Assembly (NCBI GenBank): GCA_002811645.1
Contig: PDIP01000026.1
Coordinates: 196,367 to 260,366 of the forward strand
Direction of reading: 5' to 3'
Source: Corallochytrium limacisporum Hawaii
Lineage: Eukaryota > Protista > Pluriformea
DNA: 64,000 nucleotides
Below are positions 31,835 through 41,889 of the stretch, piece after piece; within the stretch, counting starts at the first letter, position 1; each line of letters opens with the position of its first letter. The notes below the pieces were generated by a model. The model did no database searches and had not been told where the DNA came from. It saw only the letters and a program-made list of their open reading frames with translations. A program made the translations under genes and the position numbers.

Positions 31835-32234
31835 GTAGGTCCCTTGGTTGATCAACTCGATAAATAACATATCTAGTGTATTCGTTGTACCACTATATAT
31901 ATATATCTGTGTGGTTGAGGGGCCCAGAGACGCAACGCCGCAGTCTCCCCACGCTCTCCCCTCCGAGGGGTTCAGCGGAGTGGACTTGAGGACATATGAG
32001 ATACACCACCACAGCGCATTGATTACATTTACCTATTGCGAATATTGAGGTAGGCGATTTGTCTCGGTTTATGGGTTCTCCAAGTAGTAAATGGCGCGGA
32101 ACTTGGGCGTGTGTGGCGACACAGGAGGAGGTGGGTCTCACATTTATCTCGGACGGGGCTCAGGAGCGCCTAGCGAATGATATGCAGCGCTACTTCAAGT
32201 TCGATGTGGTGCCAATAATATGCCAATTCAGAAC

Positions 32235-32282
32235 ACCAGTTTGATACCAGTTTGAATTGACATACGATAATACCAGTTTGAA
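32235..32282 (+). repeat. Three copies of ACCAGTTTGA in the HELQ promoter
   Basis: Exact 10-mers at 32235, 32246 and 32272; the last two extend to TTTGAA. Confidence 0.8.
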
Positions 32283-32377
32283 GAAATGACACGACAGTAC
32301 ATTTATAGGCTGCCGGGAGATCTGGAAAAGCAATCGTGAAAATGGCCTCATACCGGTAAATGCTATGGATCTAGATC

Positions 32378-35300
32378 ATGGGATCCAAGGACAATTTTAG
32401 TCAACAGCTAAAGTGTTCGGACAGCATTGCGGGTGAATTACTTGTGGGAAATAGCCCGACCGCAGACATGGGTCGGAGCGTCAGTAGGCAGACGAGTAGT
32501 ATGTCAAGAAGCGGGAATTCACCACCAGGAGTTGAGGATCCGCCCCACATCCCCCGTTTTGTTGAAATCGCCTCCCATTTGGGAGCCTCAAAGACAAACA
32601 TCCCAAATAATGGTAAGAACACTGTCCTCAATGACGATGACAACATTATCGAAATCGTTGGGAGATCCAACAGCCCCACTGCGATGAATCCTGAACCGGT
32701 CATCGATCTTGTATCAGAGGGTCCAACAGTTGGCAGAAAACGCAGTTTGACCCCGTCAGTGTCGCCTGTCAGGGACAAGTCGCAAAGGAGAGGGTTCAAA
32801 GCTCTGCAGGGTTCCGCACGAACTCTAGAGGCAGCTGCGGAAGAACCATTTGACCTGCACCAAAACGTGGTGGTTTCACATCAGTCCGTTGACACCGGAA
32901 ACAGCGAATTCAGCTTTCCAAATGCAACTCAGTTGGCTGTACCGGTCTCCACGGATCTATGGGAAACCATAGGCTTCACTCCAAATTTCAAGGCCCGGAT
33001 CTTGAGAGTTTTGGGATTTCGATCACTACACACTTGGCAAGAAAGCGCGTTGCGGATCGCAGTCCATGGGCCGCAGAAGAACTTCCTATACACCGCGTAT
33101 ACCGCTGGCGGCAAGACTGCAGTGGCTTTGCTCCTTGTTCTTCGAGATATGCTTGTCACGCATAAAGACCACCAGAGTGGTAATGTTGTTATGATGTTTC
33201 CTTTAAAAACTCTGGTCACAAACAAGGTTGAAGAATGCGAAGATCTTGGCAATGAGTTTGGTTTCGAAGTGGAGGTTTACTATGGTAGTTTTGGGAACCA
33301 TCCCGTTCGCATTCGGAAGAGAAGAAAAACTCTGTGGCTCTGTACCTTTGAGAAGGGATATCGCGTGGTACAGGAATTAATCTCTGAGCATCGCAAGGGT
33401 AACAGGCACGCACAGATCACGACACTGGTAGTTGATGAAGTACATAACATGGCAAAGGAGAAGGGGTCCGACAGATCCCGCAACCTCGAGCTGTTCCTGA
33501 CTCGCATGCTGTGCTTGCGTGAGCCGAAAATTGCTCTCATTGGAATCAGTGCCACTCTCAGTAACGTACACCAGATGTCACGTTGGTTGCAGGCTGCCTA
33601 CTACACAGCCGACGGGGAAAGCCCAAACTTGGACGAGCATGTTGTTTACGATGGCATTATCTATGTGAAGCGACGCAAAGATCAGGAAGCGCAGCAAACA
33701 AATGTGTATAAGCGGCTTCGTTCCGTGAGGGTGAAGCTTCCAGGCTCACCTGTCACTGGTCGAAATGCGGGCAGAGCGAAACTGAAAGCTGGCGTGATGG
33801 GTCTTCTGAGTGAGAAGTCCACACAACACAGCAATACTCTAGTGTTCCTACCAAGCAAGAAGGAAGTGTATACATGGGCTACAGAAGCGGCTTTGCCGGA
33901 AAGACACATTGAGTGGGCATCCAGTTCCAGGCCAGCGTCCCAATCATCTTCAAGTCCGCCAGTGAGCCTGTCCGAACGACGCTTGTGGCTCACCACTGAA
34001 CTTAGCTCGGTCAGTCACAAGCACGCCGTGCTCAAGCATATGGCTAATTTACAGGACTTGATAATGAAGGGTATCGGAATCCACCACGGCGATATGGTTG
34101 AGGAGGAGCGACACCTCATTGAGAATGCGTACCAAGACGGCATCATTGGTCTCCTATTCTGCACTACCACTCTTGCTGAAGGAATTAACCTGCCGGTTGA
34201 TCGTGTAATGATCTGTCCGGCATACTACACCAATCTTACAATGTTTGAGTATGTACAAATGAAGGGCCGTGCAGGACGACGTGTTGATGGGGACCCAGGC
34301 AGCAGCTACCTTTTCGTGGAGGAGGAGGTCAACAAAGGTTTGGGCAAGGATAACAGCAGGATTCAACTCGCTGACAATAGCCTGACATGGTCCTTCCTCG
34401 CCCAGCAGTGTGTGTTGCGTAGCGAGTTTACGGATGAGCAAGGCATGGATCAGCTCAAACGGGGATTGCTTGACGTGCTCATGGAACACGAGCCGTGCAA
34501 CCGGCGTGTGCTGAATGAATTTAGTGAGCGATTGTTTCTGTCCTTCATCAATCGCCAAAATAAGTCGACTCAGGTATGCAAATCTGCCCTCTGTGAACTG
34601 CTAGACGATGAGACCCTGGTGACCTACAACTGTACGGATGACACCTACACACTGACGACATTGGCCAGGGCAGCAACTGTGTCTGGAATCAGCATCAACC
34701 GCGCGCACACTTTGCGGTCGGAACTGATAAGCTTCAGTTCGGACTTTACATTTCTTTCACCTATCCCACGAATATTCCTGCTCTTGAACCCTGAGCACAT
34801 CAACGACCAACGATTTGACACCGAGAAGATCCGCGACCGAGTGATCCGCAAGCTGCGCCACCGGCTCAGGCAGCCCCACCAGTATTCTAAGGATGCCATG
34901 ATACGCTGCGCAAAGCATTCGGGAATTAGTTCGCTGGAATGCTTTGTGGAGCGACTGGAGTCTGGACCACCGAAGGACAAACTCTTTCTGAGACGTCTGT
35001 ACCTCACACTGTTTGTTGAGGCCGTGCTGTTGGCCAAGAATGAGTTCATTGCCACTGCTCGCGAATACTTCCCGGCTTGGGGAAATCGTGCATTCGGTAT
35101 TTACGAGGAGCTGGCCGCGGAAGCTCAAATGATGGCCCGCTTCAGCAAAGAACTTGGACTAGACATTGGCATCCTCCTGGAAGCCAAGGCCCGTGAAATT
35201 AAGCTCGGCAGCGGCACTCTCGCAGAGCTCATGCAACTTCCGGGGCTAAGCTTTGGACGGGCGACCCTGATCCAGGCCTCTGGTATAAATTCGATTCGGG

Positions 35301-35497
35301 AGGTCTCCGAACTGTGCAGCGATCGGCTCATGTCCGTGCTTAATCGGAAAATCAAGCGCAAGGATGCGGAGAAAATCATTGAGGCTGCCAAACGCCGGCG
35401 CAGGCGGGATCTGCAAGACATCCTCGAGGACAATGGGTACAATTCCTTGCCGGCAGGACTCTTGGATAGTGGAAAAATAGATGTCAGACGATATTAA
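32378..35497 (+). CDS. HELQ: Ski2-like SF2 DNA helicase HELQ/Mus301
   Basis: TAGGKT, DEVH, SAT, HHGD, TTTLAEGINLP, QMKGRAGR; C-terminal HhH LMQLPGLSFGRA; no polymerase domain, so not POLQ. Confidence 0.85.
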   Translation: MGSKDNFSQQLKCSDSIAGELLVGNSPTADMGRSVSRQTSSMSRSGNSPPGVEDPPHIPRFVEIASHLGASKTNIPNNGKNTVLNDDDNIIEIVGRSNSPTAMNPEPVIDLVSEGPTVGRKRSLTPSVSPVRDKSQRRGFKALQGSARTLEAAAEEPFDLHQNVVVSHQSVDTGNSEFSFPNATQLAVPVSTDLWETIGFTPNFKARILRVLGFRSLHTWQESALRIAVHGPQKNFLYTAYTAGGKTAVALLLVLRDMLVTHKDHQSGNVVMMFPLKTLVTNKVEECEDLGNEFGFEVEVYYGSFGNHPVRIRKRRKTLWLCTFEKGYRVVQELISEHRKGNRHAQITTLVVDEVHNMAKEKGSDRSRNLELFLTRMLCLREPKIALIGISATLSNVHQMSRWLQAAYYTADGESPNLDEHVVYDGIIYVKRRKDQEAQQTNVYKRLRSVRVKLPGSPVTGRNAGRAKLKAGVMGLLSEKSTQHSNTLVFLPSKKEVYTWATEAALPERHIEWASSSRPASQSSSSPPVSLSERRLWLTTELSSVSHKHAVLKHMANLQDLIMKGIGIHHGDMVEEERHLIENAYQDGIIGLLFCTTTLAEGINLPVDRVMICPAYYTNLTMFEYVQMKGRAGRRVDGDPGSSYLFVEEEVNKGLGKDNSRIQLADNSLTWSFLAQQCVLRSEFTDEQGMDQLKRGLLDVLMEHEPCNRRVLNEFSERLFLSFINRQNKSTQVCKSALCELLDDETLVTYNCTDDTYTLTTLARAATVSGISINRAHTLRSELISFSSDFTFLSPIPRIFLLLNPEHINDQRFDTEKIRDRVIRKLRHRLRQPHQYSKDAMIRCAKHSGISSLECFVERLESGPPKDKLFLRRLYLTLFVEAVLLAKNEFIATAREYFPAWGNRAFGIYEELAAEAQMMARFSKELGLDIGILLEAKAREIKLGSGTLAELMQLPGLSFGRATLIQASGINSIREVSELCSDRLMSVLNRKIKRKDAEKIIEAAKRRRRRDLQDILEDNGYNSLPAGLLDSGKIDVRRY

Positions 35498-35571
35498 TAC
35501 TGACCCCTTTCAATGTGATAATATTCTGCCTTTGTATGAGTTGATTTTGTGCGTGGTGCTGACAGTCCCAT

Positions 35572-37047
35572 TCACCTCCAAGTGCCAATTGGCATTTGTT
35601 CGATGAGTGTCTCAATAACTCTGTTCTGCAGAGTGGCATCCTCTGTGTTTGCATGGTAACCGACTTTCGCATGCATCAGCACCGGTGCCAATGCTTTGGC
35701 CAAGTTGCGCGGTGTCATTTTGTTGACAGCGTTCTTCTCGCTGAGCCGGTGCAGATGCAACATTAGCACGTTCAAAGTGATTCGATTTTCACGAGGCAGG
35801 CGGTTGATGAGCTGATACATTGGTCCCACCCGTGCGACTGGGTTCTCGATTCGTGCGACATTCAGGAAGTCCTTGTAGAGTACATGACTTAAGAGCGGCT
35901 CCGGCAGCTCTCGCAAGTAGCGTTTGAGCGTGCCTGTGACAACATGAATATCCACTTGGCTCAGGTCAGGAATCTCCCTCGCGAAGCGCAGCAACAGACG
36001 ATCAATTTGTCCGGCTGGCGCGGAAGCACGATACAGTCCCTCTGTGCGGAGTCCTCGTCGCTCAACTTCCCGAATACACGTCTCAACCACATCCGGCAGC
36101 CCTTGGTCACCCAATAGGTCCGAGTCTCGCCGCGCGAATCGGGAACCATGATAGCCTGCGTTGAATGAGGAACTCGGTGTTGCTTTAATGCTCTCTAGTC
36201 CGCTATTGGGATAATTGAGCGAATTGTTTAGACCCAGGCCGCCAGGGGTCATCAGATGGGCCTGATTCATCATCGCGGACTGTGGCGCCTGCTGCTGCTG
36301 CGGAACCATGGAAGATTGAAAGGACTGAGGATAGCCCTTGCCCATGCCAGTGTTCGAATTGCGACCAACCCCGCCACCCATGATCGGTCCCGAATCGACG
36401 ATGTCGTCCCCAGTGCCAAGGTCGCCCATACCCGCCAATGTGTCCGCTCCAACAAATTGTCGAATGGCTGCCATTTGTTTGTCAAAACGCGCCAGTCTGG
36501 TCTCTGCTTCCCGGCTACGGGTCCTTTCTTGCTCCAGAGCGCTCTGCAGGGATCGAATCTCTGCTTTGAGACTGTTCACTTCCGCACCGGCGCGGGCATC
36601 CTGCTGGATCCGGGTCTGCAGTTCAAGCATTAGTCGCTGTTCGTTACGCTGTACAGTGCCCAATTCGTTCTTTGTCATTTCAAGATCAGCCTTCAGGACT
36701 TCGACACGGTCACGCAGTTCCCGCGCTTCTTCCAGTTCGCGAATATCCGCTCTCTGTTTGTTGACAAGTTGGCGGTATGTACGCTTTAGATCCTCAAACC
36801 CCAGAAGGATGTCACTGTAGCCACTGCTACTGGCACGCATAGTGGGATCCATCATCCCACTGGTACCCGCGTCGTAGTCTGTCGCCGGCATTTTATTGTC
36901 CGTGAATCGCTTCTTTAGCTTATCGATCTCTTCCACTGTTCACGGCTTGCTTATTACTCATGTTAAGTTGATGATGTGATCCACATTTGCGAGAAAATAT
37001 ATACATCTGTTTGTGGTCTTTGCCATACAATAACTCATTCGCAACAT
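35572..37047 (-). CDS. RACGAP1: Coiled-coil plus RhoGAP protein, RACGAP1/Cyk-4-like (proposed exons 37047-37029 and 36935-35572)
   Basis: RhoGAP domain CIREVERRGLRTEGLYRAS (Arg finger), DIHVVTGTLKRYLRELPEPLL, NKMTPRNLA. N-terminal coiled coil FEDLKRTY...ERTRSREAETRLARFDKQMAAIRQFV resembles that of Cyk-4. If unspliced, the start is ATG 36891. Confidence 0.7.
36936..37028 (-). other. Candidate 93-nt phase-1 intron
   Basis: GTATGG at 37028, CTTAAC at 36967-36962, aaCAG at 36936. Splicing joins MLRMSY in frame to L-EEIDKLKK. Confidence 0.6.
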
Positions 37048-37281
37048 GATGGTGTCTTGAAATAACCGCTTGTGAAAAATGAACGTGACCCACAACCTTG
37101 GCCTACGCAGTCCCGGTTACCGGGCCCCCTCCCTCACCTCAGGCTCCGTAAGCCCGCGGTGTTATTTCAAACTCTCCCCGCCACTCCGCATCACTATTGA
37201 AAATGTACTACCGACCTTTGCCAACCGCGGTCAGGGCCAAAAGGTCTGTAGCTCCTCACCGCCCAACTACACACCCCCAGC

Positions 37282-37341
37282 ACAACCGACCAACCAACCA
37301 ACCAACCAACCAACCAACCAACCCCCCCGGGGGGGGGGGGG
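37282..37341. repeat. (ACCA)n tetranucleotide run followed by C7G13
   Basis: Seen directly. A shorter inverted counterpart lies at 56198-56227. Confidence 0.9.
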
Positions 37342-37915
37342 CAGGGGGGCGTTGAGGGCTTTTCTTTCTTTGCCGCGCCCGATCTTTGTGCCCCGGGGGG
37401 ACTCAGCGAAACCGTTTTCTTCGTAGCAACCAAGAACTAGTCCGTATATAATTTACTTGAACCCCCCACCGGTATTAGCTATATAACGGGCGAATTGGGG
37501 CTTCGTGATTGGTGGAAAATTGGTACCTTCGATCTGGCAGTGGCCAGGGGTACCAGGTAGGGGGGCAGGGGCAGCTGCGGAACGGGTTTCGAGGGGAAGA
37601 CCCTCTTTGTTCTCTCTTTGCTGCGTTTGTTCGACACCGGGAATGCCCTAACGGAAGTACAAGTAAGGCTCCTTCCTACTTCTCTGTGGTACGTCTTCTC
37701 TGGTCGTTTCTTTCATCACTGCAAAAAGAGCGATATGTTCTGTTTCTAGATCTATGTGACCGGCTGTCGCACCGGGTACAAGAGTACGGCCAATCTCTGA
37801 CATATGTCTAGCTGCAACGCATCGTACACAAGTCAGTGATAGTTGTGTGTGACACCAGTAGAAACCGTGTGGAAGGTGTGAGAAGCGTTATAAAGAATAG
37901 GGAAATCCATTGAAA

Positions 37916-38971
37916 ATGTCAGCAGCGACAGAGAACGGTGCCACCGGTGTCGCTATTGACGATTCCGCCTTCGGGGCCGAGGGGTCGTGCAAGATGTGCA
38001 ACATGGAGTTCAAAGAAGACGAGCAGAGGCTGATGGCGTCGGGTCAGTTCTATCACTATTCCTGCTATCGCTGTGTGGAATGTCTGACGGCTTTTGGGGA
38101 GAACTCATACTTTGAGTACGAAGGACATCTGTACTGCGAACGGGACTACCACCTGCTCTACGGACCGCGGTGTCACCGCTGCAAGGAGAACATTACGGGC
38201 CGATCCCTCATTGCAATGGGCGAGTATTGGCATCCTGATCACTTTCAGTGCACAAACTGCGAAACGAGTCTTGCTGGCAAGAATTTCCTCGCCCTCGGTG
38301 ACCGTGCGCTCTGCAAGGAATGCTACAAACAGAAACTGGTGGAGTCGAAGAAGCACGAAATGTGTCAACGGTGCGGAAAGCCGGTGATTGGAAGTGACTT
38401 TCTCATGGTCGGCGGCAAAAAGATGCATCCCCAACATTTCAATTGCAGCACTTGCGGTATTACCCTCAATTCACTGGCCAAGGAACTAGGCGGACGACTT
38501 TACTGCCCAACCGATTTCGAGAAGGCGCAGGTTATGGTCTGCGGTGCTTGTAGGAAACCGATTGTCAGCGCCCGGTGGGTTACAGCTCTTGGCAAGACCT
38601 GGCACGTTGATCACCTGGTGTGTGCGACGTGTGAGGACGTGATTGGGTTGTCCAAATTCTTTGAGTACGGTAACATGGCCTACTGTGAGTACCATTACAA
38701 GGCCAAATTTGCGGATACGTGCTGGCTATCCGGTCAGCCAATCATGTCAGATACTGTAAAGGTAATGGGCAAGAAGTTTGACTCGGACAATTTTATGTGC
38801 TTTGGCTGTCGGATTAGTCTCAACGAACCAGACGTAGGCGTGATTGATGTCGATCGCAGGCCCTACTGCAAAAATTGTTATACAAGTTTCCCTCTGGCCG
38901 TGAAGAAACGCCTGAAGAAGTACACTGAATACGAGAAGTTGGTCGAAAAGGAAAAGGGATCTGTGTACTAA
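37916..38971 (+). CDS. LIMS1: PINCH (five-LIM integrin adhesome adaptor)
   Basis: Five tandem LIM domains; YFEYEGHLYCERDY in LIM1; C-terminal CYTSFPLAVKKRLKK PINCH signature. ATG at 37916. Confidence 0.9.
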   Translation: MSAATENGATGVAIDDSAFGAEGSCKMCNMEFKEDEQRLMASGQFYHYSCYRCVECLTAFGENSYFEYEGHLYCERDYHLLYGPRCHRCKENITGRSLIAMGEYWHPDHFQCTNCETSLAGKNFLALGDRALCKECYKQKLVESKKHEMCQRCGKPVIGSDFLMVGGKKMHPQHFNCSTCGITLNSLAKELGGRLYCPTDFEKAQVMVCGACRKPIVSARWVTALGKTWHVDHLVCATCEDVIGLSKFFEYGNMAYCEYHYKAKFADTCWLSGQPIMSDTVKVMGKKFDSDNFMCFGCRISLNEPDVGVIDVDRRPYCKNCYTSFPLAVKKRLKKYTEYEKLVEKEKGSVY

Positions 38972-39049
38972 GAAATGATCACGTCAACAGTCATTTACAC
39001 TTTACATTACCTCATTGAGTTCTATAAAATCGTGTACATCCAAGTCATT

Positions 39050-39331
39050 TTAGTCAGCCTTGCCAATGTTTAGAGAGCGATCTTCGTACATGCCACTCGC
39101 AGCCAAACGGGTAGGGAACTCACCAGAATTACCGTAGTATTTGTCCGGAAACTCAAGCTTTGTTGGAGAACGGGCACCATAGGATTGAGCAGTGCTTTTC
39201 CAGACGGGATGAGCAGCCCTTTGGGTACCATAGGCTTTAATTTGTTCCGGGTCACGAAAGCGGACAGGAAGTTCTCGCACTGGCTGGATGGTCATGATAA
39301 TTGTGTTTCCTAGTCTTTTCTCTACAATCAT
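39050..39331 (-). CDS. PIERCE1: PIERCE1/2-like axonemal microtubule inner protein
   Basis: LPVRFRDP..AYG...HPVWKSTAQSYGARSPT..EFPDKYYGNSGEF..LAASGMYEDRSLN matches the C9orf116/C15orf65 family. Start at 39331 or 39295. Confidence 0.82.
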   Translation of the reverse strand: MIVEKRLGNTIIMTIQPVRELPVRFRDPEQIKAYGTQRAAHPVWKSTAQSYGARSPTKLEFPDKYYGNSGEFPTRLAASGMYEDRSLNIGKAD

Positions 39332-39903
39332 CCACCATGATCAGCCATATGTGCACTCGTTCTCTTAGGTACGTTTAGGCAAAGTCCTATGTACCCTGTC
39401 TCGAAAACATCAACATTCCTTTGCATGTTAACCTTATTCAAGATTCTATAAGACTGGCGTATGAAAGCACAGAACCTACTGTGCTCTCCCCATCACAAAC
39501 TAACAGATGAAGGTCAATACCCGCACCACCAGTTCTTGTGGCTTTCGTTCTGAGGATCCGAGCGGGCGTGCGCAGTCAAAAAGTGGCAGTCGATCGGGTC
39601 CAGATTTCAGTACAAAAAGTAACGACTGAGTGAGACTCGAAATTGCCCCGGGTGGGTTCCTGCGGTATTGGATCTTTCCCCACCCAAAATCGTGTAAGGA
39701 CGACTCACTCCATGGCAACTGGCCTCCCTTGCCCCGATAGCTAGCCACCTTGTACTTATGTAATACTGTGGGCTTTGCTGAAACATGGTTAACATGTTCT
39801 CTTGTATATTTGATACAACTTTATCGTGCTATGGTACAAAGGCTAAACTAAACATAACTAGAACACCGTGTCCCCAAAAGCCATGTTCTGGGTTTGTGGT
39901 AGT

Positions 39904-41889
39904 CTAAAGGAGGTCGTAGTACTTGTTCGAGACAGGATCGTAGTAGCAGTTGAGCACGGGGTCATAGAGCAGGTCCAGTTCTTCGCCACCATCGTCCTCG
40001 ATTGGACTGTCTGAGTCAAGGCGTGCGATTTGACTCTTCCAGGCACCGCCGCTGTTATAACTGTGCTCTTCGATGACTTGCAGAGGCGCAGGAGTTGTAC
40101 TAGCTCGGTCCTGGTGCTCTGGTGACGGCGATGAGGCCTCACTGCTGCTGCTCTGGCGGCCAGCACCCGGCAGGATCAATGGGGGGCTCATCATCTCATC
40201 GCGTTCCATCTCTTCGTGTCGATCATCGGCAGTAATGTGTGCCTTCGGGCTATTTCGCAGGTAAAGACGAGGATCTTCGTCAAGCTCTCCCAGCTCTCCT
40301 CTATGGACATTTCCGGAGTCGTAATCTTCATTGTGACGCTGTAGTCCTCTTTGTAAGGCATTATGCTTAAGTGTGAGGTTCTGCATGTTCTGCAAGCTCT
40401 GCGGACCATCATTCAACTGTTCAATAGAATCTGTGGCCATTTGCTCTTCACTACCTTTCAGAAATGTAACCTGGGGCTCTGAAGCTGTGTCTGGAGTTAA
40501 CTTACCCTCATACTCTGGAATATTGTGCACCGACACAGGCCGATTCACGAAGTCGACACCACTGGTATGCCAGTCAATGTTACCAGATTCACCTCGAACA
40601 TGCCGAGTTTCTGGGCTGGTGTCCCGCATTCCCCCCTGACCGATTAGATGGGGGCGCGAATCGAAGGTGAAGGCCGCAGTGGCTTCCTGAAAGACTCCCG
40701 TGTTCGAATTTGCAGAATGTGTGTGAGATACCCGACCGGAATTCTGCCGCGAGGAACTGCTCGAACTGTTCCTGGATCTCCGCAACTGCTGAGAGCCTGC
40801 GGAGCTCGAGGGAGACGACTCGTCGTGGTCAGACGACGCAGGCTCTTCGAGCATATCGGACAGTGGCGGGGCAACAGAATTGCGTGAGCCAGAGAAGCTC
40901 CATCGAGGGATGCGGCTACGATTCTCATTTGGGTTGGCGGGCATGCTGTGAAACTTGACCATTTCCGGCCGTCCATTGCCGGCTTGCTCTTCTCTCCTGG
41001 TCTGCGTGCGACAGTACAAACTTGCCCGACCCGAACGACGATTCTTGCGGTCTTCGGAAGGTGGTGCCACAACATTCTGCTTAGCAATCATTGACTCTGA
41101 GGCAGCCCTAGTGCTGATCTTGCCCGATCCCTCCCCGCGTTCCGCCATCATCTTTTCATATGCAGCGCTATGCGTGCCTGTGCTTGTACGGATCATTCGA
41201 GGTGGCTGTTCGGCTTCGAGTCTAATTTTGACGGCTTCGAGGTCAGAAGCACTCTCCTGTCCGGTCACCACGGCGAAACAGATCACATTCGTGACGTTTG
41301 TCACACCAACCGGAAAATGCAAGGCCTTACTGGGCAAATTTCTGCTGTCTGAGACAACGCCCACGTTCGGCATAGACTTTAGGATGAAAACTTTCCTGAC
41401 TTTGCAGGTGGCGCTGAAACTGATAGTGTCCATGGACCGCAACGAAACACTTTTGAATGATCCTAAGACCAGATCATTGACATCCACCAGGCAGTTGACC
41501 CACTTTCCCCGAGTGACCATTCCGAAAGGTAATCTTGCATGCATGGTGGATATTGTTGCCGCCTTCTGATGGCTGAGCAAAAGCACCCATTTTCTTGCGC
41601 CTGCTGAATCCGTTACTGCAATGTCTACGTTGCAGTCCGCGCCCTGGGGTATAAAAATTTGGAAACCTAATATCTCGTGTTGTGTTAAACCCAAGGTTTT
41701 CTTTGGGTCCTTGGGAATGTGAAGCCGCGCATTAGCACCACCCTCAACATTGAAAATGTATCCCTTGGTGCTCTGTTCAAAAACGCGTTTACTTCGCAAG
41801 CCCTGCAGTTTGCAACCCGCCAAGGGATCCTTGCCAGCAGCTGACAGGATCTCGATGAATGGGCTGCCTTGAAATGCGCTGCCGAACAT
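39904..41889 (-). CDS. CFAP20DC: CFAP20 domain-containing protein (C3orf67)
   Basis: MFGSAFQGSPFIEILSAAGKDP N-terminal CFA20 domain, disordered middle, C-terminal LLYDPVLNCYYDPVSNKYYDL motif. Confidence 0.9.
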   Translation of the reverse strand: MFGSAFQGSPFIEILSAAGKDPLAGCKLQGLRSKRVFEQSTKGYIFNVEGGANARLHIPKDPKKTLGLTQHEILGFQIFIPQGADCNVDIAVTDSAGARKWVLLLSHQKAATISTMHARLPFGMVTRGKWVNCLVDVNDLVLGSFKSVSLRSMDTISFSATCKVRKVFILKSMPNVGVVSDSRNLPSKALHFPVGVTNVTNVICFAVVTGQESASDLEAVKIRLEAEQPPRMIRTSTGTHSAAYEKMMAERGEGSGKISTRAASESMIAKQNVVAPPSEDRKNRRSGRASLYCRTQTRREEQAGNGRPEMVKFHSMPANPNENRSRIPRWSFSGSRNSVAPPLSDMLEEPASSDHDESSPSSSAGSQQLRRSRNSSSSSSRQNSGRVSHTHSANSNTGVFQEATAAFTFDSRPHLIGQGGMRDTSPETRHVRGESGNIDWHTSGVDFVNRPVSVHNIPEYEGKLTPDTASEPQVTFLKGSEEQMATDSIEQLNDGPQSLQNMQNLTLKHNALQRGLQRHNEDYDSGNVHRGELGELDEDPRLYLRNSPKAHITADDRHEEMERDEMMSPPLILPGAGRQSSSSEASSPSPEHQDRASTTPAPLQVIEEHSYNSGGAWKSQIARLDSDSPIEDDGGEELDLLYDPVLNCYYDPVSNKYYDLL

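Noticed and set aside
32378-35497. POLQ assignment
   Set aside because: The ORF ends after the HhH region with no family A polymerase domain.
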